The notes under the pieces are model-generated. The model saw nothing but the letters and a program-made list of their open reading frames with translations. It ran no database searches and was not told where the DNA came from. A program made the position numbers and the translations under genes. A DNA stretch of 64,000 nucleotides from Ascidiella aspersa (lineage: Eukaryota): assembly GCA_963924565.1 (NCBI GenBank), contig OZ004611.1, positions 29,264,001 through 29,328,000 on the forward strand, in the 5' to 3' direction. Positions 25,503-37,100 of this stretch are shown in pieces. Numbering within the stretch: the first letter of the stretch is position 1; each line of letters opens with the position of its first letter.

Positions 25503-27928
25503 CAAAGTCATTACAACACTGGGTCAAAGTCTAAATCTCGTTTTGTAGGTCAACTCCGGATGAAAAGTACGAAAAGGACAAAGAACGCTTTTCCAGCAAA
25601 ACAAATTGTCGAAACTTAATCCGTTTTTCACGCTGAAGAGTTAGCTCTGCGGCGTTTTTCGGCCTAACCGAAAAAAGGTTCTATGCGAACTTATGTCTCC
25701 ATATGCACACTTGTGGGTATCGCTTACGTACCGGATGGCACTCGCTCCAAAATGGATGCAATTAAGCGCTTAAGCGTCCTGGTTCAGCAGATGTGAAGAA
25801 AACAGAGACTTGCCACTTTGTGTATGTTTACTGTTTAAATGGATTAAAAGAAGTTCGCGCAGTGATTGAAAAAAAATCGGGGGAGTTTTAAGGTGGTTTT
25901 GGCTGGAAAAAAACGTCTGGGTATGGTATTTTGCCACCAAAGCTGTCTTACAGTTTGGGGGAAAGGCGTAAAAATATTTATTACGAAAAGACTTGTAAAA
26001 GGCAGCGTCTTTTACTAACTTAATTGCATGGTAAAGCAAACAAAATCAAAAGGCTTTGAAATCTTCCAAATTGGACGTTTTTTTAATTTAATTTTAAAAC
26101 TAAACAGTAAAATTGCCACGGTCAAAACAATTAAAAACAGCTAAAAAACATTATTTTATCCGCACTTAATTAACACATACCTTTAAGCTGGACACTAAAA
26201 TAAATTCCAAGAACATTTAAAAACTTTTCAAGATTTTTTTTCAAGAAATGTATGGACATTTTAATACGTCAATCAATTCCTTTAAAGAACCCTGTAGTAT
26301 AGTGGTCGGCAATCGCCGGTACGCGGACCGGTACCGGTCAGTAGCAGGGTTTCCAGATAACATTTTGATCAAAACCCGATTTTTTATTGTAAAATCCAAC
26401 TCCTCGTACTTACAATATATCGAAAACGGGCCATACATAATGTTTTTTGATGTTCAAGCGTGCTCACCCTGAAGTGCAATAGACTTAAATCATGCAAACA
26501 ATGTTGATGTTCAGACAGAAAAATTTCGAAAAAACGCACGCATTTTAATTGGGACATTGAAAAAAGTGTCGCCGGTCCGCGACAAAATTTCTGTTATAAA
26601 CCGGTCCGCAGTGTAAAAAAGGTTGCCGACCCCTGCTGTAGTAGTTCGATGAGCTATATATATATTATATTTGTTAGTGATGTAGTTTAAAAATCCTTTT
26701 CAAAACAAAAACATACACAGAAAATACAAACAACTCTCTATCTCTATTTTTTAGAATCTATTTACAATTTTCGCTTTAATCTCTTGTATGGCACGTCAAA
26801 GAAAAATCCTTTGCGTATTGCACGAATCACAAAAAAACAGCTACACAAATGACAGTAATTCATGAATCTCGTAAGGCGCTCAAGATAACAGTGAAAAAAC
26901 TGAAAGGACTAGAACTTCCAACAGTTACATCGACGTTATTGTTAAAAATATACGAAAGCAGATTAAAATCTAATTTCACGCAAAGAGACACGTCTACGAA
27001 GAGTTAATTTAAGCCAAATAAAACATTAATCTGAATAATGTAGAAAGTCTTCTTTGCACTTTGAAACTTTAAACTAGTTTAAAGGTTATCGTTTTTACAC
27101 TAACGTTGTGCTTATATTTCAAAATGGAAGAACTAAAAAATTTAATAGACAGAAACATAAATAGCGTTATTTGGGATTGATATTGCCTTATTTCATTTGA
27201 GGATAAGGATTCAGGTCCAACAATATACATCAGGCTTCAAAAATGGGCAACGTTACTTGTTTGAAAGACCTACGGCTTTATTTCTAAATCGAGAAGAGCC
27301 TTTTTTTATGCAATTAATGTGCTCAAGTCAAATAAATTTGAACAGAAAAAAGAGTGATCCATTTTTAAATTAGTTTAGCTAATTAACAGATCCTAAGCTG
27401 TACAATTAAACAGCGCTAGAATCAGTAACATTAACGTATTTTCAGTTCGCGGTAGCTACACTAACAATAGAGAACCAGGCAAAATTCGACGAACTTAAAA
27501 AATTCCACTCCGCAAAATAAATCCCGGTAGTTTTTACTAGCCAAGTATTTGTTTTCTAATACAAATTTTTTAATGTTTGTGCTGTTTATAAAGGCATAGA
27601 TTGGCAGTGGATGTTGTAAAATTTATCTTGCACATGGAAGGGCAAGCGCAAAACCCCCAAAGATCGGGGTAGTTTTGCTAATTTACGAAATCTGCTCGAA
27701 AATGGGAAAAGTAAGCCGCCAAACGCCGAACTTGACTCATCAAGAAGGCAAAATACGTGTTTATCCATGGAATAAATGGCCAAACCGACTAGAACCGTTC
27801 AAGTCCCGCGTTTCAAAAGAAAAACTAACTGGGTAGCTGAAACCCAAAAACTTAAAGCAATCCTTGACGTCAAAATTTGGCAAAGAAGAGAAAAAAAAAA
27901 GTATCTCCGCGTAAAACGTCCCCAAATT
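25503..27928. repeat. Copy B: a mosaic duplicate of 21049-21128, 23110-23373 and 24084-25480
   Basis: 25503-25583 matches the lectin intron and the start of exon 7; 25585-25849 matches 23110-23373; 26173-27928 matches copy A apart from a MITE insertion. Confidence 0.9.
26300..26635. mobile_element. hAT-type MITE with an 8-bp TSD and a visible empty site
   Basis: TIRs TAGTGGTCGGCAA / TTGCCGACCCCTG, flanked by CTGTAGTA at 26292-26299 and 26636-26643. Copy A has a single CTGTAGTA at about 24196. Confidence 0.93.
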
Positions 27929-28138
27929 AGCTCGCACAATTTGAGCTCCGCCACTCAGAAATACAGAAAACAGTGAGTTAAGAACGAAAACTGAAAAACC
28001 CTGATGACAACATTTGGCTGAAAAAAAAAAATCAAACAAACAAAAAGTTTGTTTCCTACTCGTAAAATTGCGTCTGAACCCGGAAAAAAAGAGTGGAGGG
28101 TAAAGCTTAGAAGAGCTGTATTCTTGTCGGGCGTAATC

Positions 28139-31100
28139 TTAGATAGCGGTGAAGAGTGCCTGGATGTTCTCGCGTCTAAGGCGGAAGTGCTGACGGAGGA
28201 AGAGCTCCAAGTAGTCCTGGAGGCAGGAGTCGTCCTTCTCGCAAATCCGGGTCCAAGCCGGCATCACGCGTTCCCGTTGCTTCTCCGTTACGTTGCTCAC
28301 GATCTTTGAGAAGTTTAAAGGCTCTGAAGAGGACTTATCTTTGCTCATCAACTCCGGAATCCGGTAGTGGCGGATCATTTCCAGGATGTTGGAATAAGTC
28401 TCCTTGTTCATCTGCGTCTCGCCAAGAAGGTCTTCATCAATTAGCTGCTCCATAGCCTCCCTCTCCTCTTTGGTCGCATTGAGGTCCATGTCTTCCGATT
28501 CCTCTTGGAATCGTTGTAGATCAAATTTGCTTTCATCATCTTCCTCTACTCCTTCTGCTTCTTCTTCTCCTTGTTCTTTGTCGTCTTGATCCTGTGGATC
28601 CTGTGGTGGTTTGCCTGTCAATTCATCTCTGTACATCTAAAGAAACAGTCGAAGTTTGGAGTTTAAAACCAAACCGAAGTGATCTTATAAAGACTGTTTA
28701 TAAAAACAGACAAAAAACAGAAAATATTTTCTCAAAATTTTACAGAAATATACATTTCGTCTGATAAATAGACATCGCTATTTTCTGTACAAAAAGAAAA
28801 CATGTATAAAATGCCGAAGTAATAACGATTTCTCTGCGTACTGGACCCGATCAAAAACCTGCAATTTTTTAGCAAAAATACAGTTGTATTTTTATAAAGT
28901 AACAGGTAAATATTTCTTTTTAAAATCTTAAAGTATGTTTTTGCAACTTTTTGGTTTAACACGCGAGTAATTTTGTATTAACCTACAAAGAGCTATTGAC
29001 GAGGCTGCTGCATAATGTCCAGATTAGTAACATATTTCTTGGTGTCAACCCGAAACAAAAACCTGCAATTTTCCAGCAAAAATACGGTAGTAATTTTATT
29101 CAAGTCACAGGGCTTTCGCCCCACTAAAAACGTCGAGTTTTGAATACTGTTGGAAGAAGTTGGTTAAAAATCGAAAAATATGAGTTGTAGTAGTGACAAA
29201 TTTGGAAAATTTGCATATTTTCGAGTGGAGGTCGGTTCGGGAACTCGTGTTCTACACGAGTTTAGCAATGTATTAGGTTCGGGAACTCATATTCTGCACG
29301 AGTTTAGCAATGTATTAGGTTCGGGAACTCGTATTCTGCACGAGTTTAGCAATGTATTAGGTTCGGGAACTCGTATTCTGCACGAGTTTAGCAATGTATT
29401 AGGTTCGGGAACTCGTATTCTGCACGAGTTTAGCAATGTATTCGGTTCGGGAACTCGTATTCTGCACGAGTTTAGCAATGTATTAGGTTCGGGAACTCGT
29501 ATTCTGCACGAGTTTAGCAATGTATTAGGTTCGGGAACTCGTATTTTGCACGAGTTTAGCAATGTATTAGGTTCGGGAACTCGTATTCTGCACGAGTTTA
29601 GCAATGTATTAGGTTCGGGAACTCGTATTCTGCACGAGTTTAGCAATGTATTAGGTTCGGGAACTCGTATTCTGCACGAGTTTAGCAATGTATTCGGTTC
29701 GGGAACTCGTATTCTGCACGAGTTTAGCAATGTATTAGGTTCGGGAACTCGTATTCTGCACGAGTTTAGCAATGTATTAGGTTCGGGAACTCGTATTCTG
29801 CACGAGTTTAGCAATGTATTAGGTTCGGGAACTCGTATTCTGCACGAGTTTAGCAATGTATTAGGTTCGGGAACTCGTGTTCTGCACGAGTTTAGCAATT
29901 TATTAGGTTCGGGAACTCGTGTTCTGCACGAGTTTAGCAATTTATTACTACTCGGTGCGAGTAACGCATTTTTGTTATCACTCTGATGAGTCAAATAAAG
30001 ATGTTTTGCGTTTGGCAAATGATTTGGTCTTTTATTTTTCGAAATTTTTGTTCGTATTTTTTTTTTGAGGCGTTTAGTGAAAACAATATCAAATACGTCG
30101 TGACAATGACTAACCGAGCGAAAGTAGGAAATTAAAACGTGCAAACGTTACAATTTGGAGTTTTACCTGACGGTTGGGAATTTAGTTACCTCCGATTGGC
30201 ATTTTACAACTTCCAGGATCATTTACCATTAAAGTCATAAAACGTAGTGTTAAATCACAATCTATTGCTAAAATTGTAGTGCTAGTAGTTCAATTTCGGA
30301 TCAGAAGTTTTACGCAATCCAATATAGGGTTTAGTAGGCAGAAGTGATTTGGCGTTTTTGGCGTAATTGCGGTATTCTGTGATCTAAGGAAAGTTTTGAT
30401 AGTACCAATACACCAATTTGCATTGAGTATCAGCTTCGATCCGATATAAATGACGTCACTGAACATCGTAATTTACAACGTCGCATCTACGTCGTAAAGT
30501 GTCGACGCTTTTACGTGGAAATAACGTTAGGTTGCAACGTCTTATTGACCAAACTTAAACCAAAAATCTACGGCGCTGCGACGTCAAATTGTTAGCTGGG
30601 ATATAGCTTATATAAAAACGAAACTGGGCATCCCTAATTTTGGAAAAAAACTAGTAAACAAGATATCCACCAAATTTCGTCAAAAAACAAAAAATATTCC
30701 AACTATATCGGCCGAATTACCTAAATACACTTATAAAGCATATTAGTTAGTGAGAAAAAATCCTCAAAACAAACAAATACCTGTGGTATTGACGGCCCGG
30801 GATCGCGCATCTTAACGTAGTCAAGCTCGGCCTGAACGGCCTTGGTCTGAAGGTGGCTAAGCACTGTGGTGATTTTCTGCTGCGCCTCAAATAACGCCGG
30901 GTTCTGCACCACGCTCCTGTAAAGGAAAAACCCTGTTAGAAAACACATCAAAAACGAACCAATGTCGCGTTTAATGTTTGTTGGAATAAATGAATGTAAT
31001 GTATATATTTTTTTGCAATAAAAAATATTTTTCACACTATTATTTTTTTATATAAAAATCATTCTGGTTGCTTACTTAAGGGACTATTTCTTATTTTGTT

Positions 31101-34100
31101 TTTGAAACAAAATTTGTAGGTAAACTTTGCCAGCACTACAAAAATAAATAACTTAAGAGTTTTCTTTTTCGTGTTAAATTGACTAGTCAAAGTTAAAAAA
31201 CATGGTTAACCAAATCTTACTTTAGCAACATACAAATATTTAAAATAAAATTGGTTTTTGAAGCTAAAAAATGCGCCGAGCGAAAAAAAGGATTTATGCT
31301 TACTGGAATCTTTTTCACAAGTCAAAGTAACTGCCCGGTTACTTTTGGTAAACTTAATTTGGACTCTAGCCATATAAGACCAAAATAGAATAACACCTAT
31401 GTCGAAATAAAACGCAGTTCGGATGAAGACCAAAATGACTAAAATCTAATAGTTGTAACACCGTCTACATCGGATTAAGGTTTATGTCTTATTCAGACGA
31501 TTAAGTTCGTATTGTGTCGTGTATATTACTGCGTATTTGGCTTTAGTATGTCGTTGGTCTTAATACTATTATATTATAGATTTTGATTTAGGTATTATTG
31601 CTTTTTTTAGGTCTTATTATGTGTTCCCCTTCGATTTCAAGTAACATTAAAACGAACTTATACCAAACGTTTTCCTACAAACTGTAGTATTAGAAAAACC
31701 TCCGTAAATTCCTTGCTCAACATGACTCATAATAATTGAATTGAGTTTATTAAAGCTTATGTCTTATGTTTTGTTCGATAACAAAAAGTTCAGCGAACAG
31801 AATTGAGTGGCCAAAAGCTGGAGTTTAGTATGTCGTTGGTCTTAATACTATGGTATCATATAATTTTTAAGCCTTATGTCAGTTATTCTTAACCGGGGTA
31901 TCATCTATAATGCTCAAGGGTGCCGAGAGATATTTGGCAATCTTTAAGAATCTGACTTTTGTTTAACTCTTACAACTTTTTGTGCAAGATTGGAGTGGAA
32001 TAAATCCAATTAAAACTTCCTACGTGGCGTAGAGTTGACATGTGTTGTTCCAGTTTAGTTTATTTTAACATTTTGGTAAACTACCTACGAAAAAATCGTG
32101 TGGGTGTGCCGCAATCTATTTAATATTTCTGAGGCGTGCTGCAAGCCATAAAACAGGGGTCGGCAACCTACGGCCCGCCGATGTAATTCATCCGGCCCGC
32201 TGCCTCTTTGACAAATTAGACACGAGTCTATTTCACATACTTTTCAACTATTTTAACTACGTAATTGCGAAAAATGTTTGCACTTCGCGCGAATGTTCAT
32301 TATACGTCCGGTTTGTTTGCGTTTTGATGCTGCCTTAGATCAGCGATTCTTTACCGTTGCGCCTTGGAAGGCTGCCAAGTGCGTAGCGCAAAATGGAAAA
32401 AAACTATTAAAAAATATTGCATTAACATTTTTCAACATTTTTCTATTTTCGGCAAAGTTATAAAAACTTGCAAAAAATGTAAAAGAAATACAGGTATACC
32501 AAAACAAAATCGCGCTCGCTTTGCTTGCCAGGTGCGACTTGACTTGAAAGTTGAAACAGTTAACAAACACCGAGCTAGATTAACTTTAAATGTTATCGTG
32601 TTCCCTCAAAGTAATTTTAGTACACTTTTCATTAGCTTTGCGTCAACACTTTACTGCCTCTGTAAATGTAATTAAACACGTCTTTAAGTGCAAGAAATTT
32701 TCGAGGCCCGCCTGATTCACAGTTGTTCTAGCATTCTAAAAACACAATTCTTAGTTATCATTTTGTGCGGCCCGCAGAAATCTTTTTAAGTTTGGTTTTG
32801 CCCGCGACTAGAAAAAGGTTGCCGACCCCTAGCTTCCATAAAAAGTTGAGAACCACTGCCTTAGGCATTGTTGCTTTTCAGGTCTTATTGTGTTCCCCTT
32901 TAATTTCAAGGAACATTAAAACGCACTTATATACCTGACGCTTTCCTGCAAATTGAAGTAACTGTGTCTCGATTCTTCGCTGTGCGTCTTCAGCAGGGCC
33001 ATGCGCTTGGTGAAGGACAATTTGACCGCGAAAGTGTACCGGGGGCCGCTGTATGAGGGGGCAGGGGGGTGCGCCGAATGGGGGAAAGTCCCGTTGAAAA
33101 TAACGGCGCGACCGTACATGGGTACCACCTCTGCCACGTAGTCGTTCTCGGGAGAGTCGTGATTCAGTTCCATGAAGGCAGTCTCGCCTAGAAAAAGTTG
33201 AATTTTCGGTTGGAAATTCGTGTGGTATGCTCCGCATTAAAAGCGCTCCGTCGTTTTCTTCTTGAATTTGGTTAGACTTGGTTTCATTTTGATATTTGGC
33301 TGTGACTTGTCCGAAAATAGCAAATGAGTGTAATAAAAACTCGGAAATTAGCAACCTTAGTTAATTAAAAAAGCATGATAACTTCTACTGTAACTTATTT
33401 GTGTCTTTTTCAAATCTAATGAAATTACGCTAGGGCGACATCTATGGCCAAATGCGACAAGAGCTTTATTACCATTTTAGGGTGTTATCGCATTGGATTG
33501 GAAACTACAAAGTGACAACCTATGGCTAAAAAAGCCCGGTATGCTCCAACCTTCCCGAGATATTCGAAATAATGGCCTTTGGCTGTACGGAGTGCCGATG
33601 TTTTTGGCGAGTTTTATTTCGTCCGGGCAAGTGCTTATTGGAACACTCGACAAAACTGCTGTACACTCGTTTTAGAGCAGCGGCCACCAAAATTTCCGCA
33701 TAAAGGGCCGGATAACTGAAATGCTTTGCCATCGGAGGTCGGATAACTGATAGGATTTACGATCGCGGGTCGGGTATAAAAATTGTCGGAACTTTATTAA
33801 CTTGTATTTAAAAAGTCGAGTCGATCGTTATAATCTAAACCAGGGATGTCCAACCTGCGGCCTGCCTGATATTTACGTATCCCATCACTTATTCTCACTG
33901 TCAGTAGCCTTTAATAAAAATAATTGTTTCGACTATCAGCGTGTAGAACGCGCAGTATTTGATGTAAGCCTAATCTAATGTTTTTTTCTAAGACTATAAT
34001 CGAGTCTAATGTCGCATTTCAACATCCATCGACCACTTTGTGCACCATTATTGCTAAGCAAGATGGGTGTTTTTCTAAATATGTGTGTTTTGGTGACCGT

Positions 34101-37100
34101 CTTAAGGAAATATATCAGCCCAAACAAGTAAAAACTCCAATTTTCCCCATAATAAATAAATCAATAAAGTCGAGATTACTTGCATATTTGCGGACGAGTT
34201 CTCTCGAAGAGCGGGTGTTTATAAGTTAAGTTGTTTTTTATGACGTCACGATATGTGTAACTTGACGTCACCCCTTTGATTTGAGAGGTTTTGCGGCCTA
34301 TAGAAATTTTTTAAGTGGTAATGCGGCCATTCTGCTAAAAGGTTAGACATCGCTGATCCAGAATCTAAATTAATACGTTTCGGTACTCTGGACTCTGGTA
34401 GTTTTACATGGTCTTACTCGAGTTCCGAGTCCGACTCCGGAAAAACAAACCGACTTCGTCGAGTTCCGAGTCCGACTCCGCAGCCCTGTACAAAACCATA
34501 AGTTTCATAATAAATACCATAGTCAGCGGCGGTCCAGTTCGGAGATAAGTAGAGAAGGAAGGTGACTTCTTTTTCATTGTCGTGGCTAGTGTCCAGGTGA
34601 AATCGAGTGTGATCCGAACTACGAATGAGATTGCAGGCAACATCGTAAGGGTACCACGAGTCAAATCCTGCATATTCACCATAAAAAATCTGTTTAACTG
34701 AGTGTTAAGTTGTGCCTTAGTGTCTAATTGTCTGTCAGTGTGTTTGTCTGAGTGTGCGAGTTAGCGTGCGACTCACCTGTGACGTAGTCTGCCATCTGGC
34801 TAATAACAGGCCAGAAGCGGCTCTTGACGAAATTGTCGACGTTGAAGCCGGCGATCCACTGAACATTATCGCTGGACATGTCGAGCGAGTCGTCGTAGAA
34901 ATACTTGCCGTACTTCACCGAGTGAGTTCGAAGGGCGTCCAGGTCTGCTTTGCTAAAGAGTTTGTCGAAAACGGCGACCTAAGTGTAAAAAATATATAAA
35001 ATTAAGGAATGCAGGGAATTATTCAATGAAACATGCACACATATGTGTGTTAATAACTGAGATCTAGCCCTTCTGAAGCTGCTTTTTGACAAACGACTAC
35101 GACTTACGTATAATTAGTACACCGAAAGCCATTGCAGACCAACAGGACCAAGATCAACAGATTCGGTGAGTCTGCAATGGCTTTCGGTGTGCAGCCAGCG
35201 AATTAGGTTTTTTTACGTTTTTGTATAAATGAGTATTAGGGATTCGCTATTCGGATGTTTTTGTAAATAGCAAGTTTATTTAGTTTAACGCCACAGCCAA
35301 TAAAGTAAGTTAACTGATTAAACCACATTAATATCTAACCACATGTAATGTTGTTTAATCGCTTAATTTTTTTCTGTTGCCTGAGTAAAAAACTCGTGCC
35401 AAAAAATTATTAACTATATATATTTATTGGCAAATCAAGAAATGACAGTGCATGTATTTTATACAGACAACATATATATTGGTCGATTTATTTGAGAAAC
35501 GGTTTTCACATTTTACAGTGCAATTTGACGATTTTTGACATTGACGTGTTATTGTTATTATCGTTCAAGTAAATACGGTCTTTATTCCTATGTTGAAATC
35601 AAACAAAAGCAATACTGAAGCGACAACTTTAGATTATAAAGGTCATTTTCTGTTGATAAAACAGGATTCCACCGGAATGATTAGTTTTTTCAACATACGG
35701 ACTTCGTCCATTTCTTATTTAATTTAGGACGAATTAGAAAAATCAAGTTGTAACACACCCAATTTTAAATTTCTGTTTTGAAAAAAGAACTTCTGGTTTT
35801 AAGCTGTAACAAACAGTAAAGATTTAACTAATTAACTAATTTGAAACAATAATGTTTCCTGTGCAATAGATTACAATGACTGCTAAATTCCTTACAAAAA
35901 GCCTTAAAATTAAAATCCTTTATATTTTTCTATTATTCTGAAAAACACTTTTGAAAATTGATTTTATTTATACCAAAAACTTCTTACTTTATACATTGCA
36001 AAACGGGGGTGTATTTTGCAAGCCATCCATTTCGCATGATATATTTACAAACTTGTATGATCATTACTTTCCGTATATTATGTGTTTGTGGTACACATTA
36101 CATAACTTCTTAAATATGTGATATATATACATTACAGGTCTTTCTAGGTAGTTACTAAATCTAAGTGGACACTATTTGTTGCCAATGGACCTAAACCTAA
36201 TATTAGTGCAAGTAATAAACCTATACGCTTTAAGAAAAACAACTTACAAAGTCTCCGGCCTTGTTATGTCTACGTAAAGTGAGATGGTGGTCCAAATCGA
36301 CTTTTCCAACTTTGTCCACATTGTCTGAGCACACGAATTCATTGAAGTAAGAGTCCTAAATCAGAAAAAATGAAGACTTAAATGCCCTGTTCTGTTTAAG
36401 TTTTGAAAAGTCCTTTAATTGTACACCATTTTGCTCACATGGCACAAGTAAAAATTTAAGCAGACTTAGCAAAGTAAAAAAATTAACTCAAATATACCTA
36501 TCTTTTTAAATATCTATTTATATATCTATACACAAGTTTAGCTAACTAGAAAGAGTACAATGCAAGTAAAATATTTAAAGAAAAAAAACTGTGTCACTTT
36601 TTATGTGTGCTATTCTTTTTTTCTACAACTTGAAAGTTTTACATTTGGTTTTTAATTATTTACATAAAAATGCAGAAAAATAAGATATTATATATATATA
36701 ACCTTTAATAACAGTTTCAGAGCTACTAAGTCATAGCAATTTTCACCAAAATACCTTTAAATTTTCCAACAAGTCAAAGAAGTGAGTCCGCTTTTTGTAC
36801 ACAACATCCTGTTGCCAGTGAAACTGGGAGAAAATCATATACTGTCCGGCCAGTGTTGTAATGCTGGGGGGTCTGACAATATACGGAATGGCAGAGTCCC
36901 AAACGACTGTGCGGCCAAATTTTGGGAAAATGGCACCGAAAATGTCTAAGTTGTCGTCGTTTTCGTAAAACAGAATTTCGCCGTAGCTGTTTTTGAGCCA
37001 GAGTGTGTTGGTGAAGGTCACAGTGGAATAACCTTCGATCGTCGTCGCTGAAGCATTGCTGTTGCTGTATAACTGAGGGGTATCCCCACGACGTGCTATG

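Noticed and set aside
25139-27783. Duplicated 65-aa ORF (MAIYSMDK...) as a gene pair
   Set aside because: It lies in the duplicated intergenic/3' UTR region, has no recognisable domain, and its identity simply reflects the DNA duplication.
29180-30144. 268-aa and 285-aa repeat ORFs, or a CRISPR array
   Set aside because: Both ORFs are by-products of a stop-free 42-bp unit in an intron. There are no unique spacers and no cas genes, and the context is eukaryotic.
32878-33354. 158-aa ORF as a separate gene
   Set aside because: It is an alternative frame overlapping exon 7 of the oxygenase gene.
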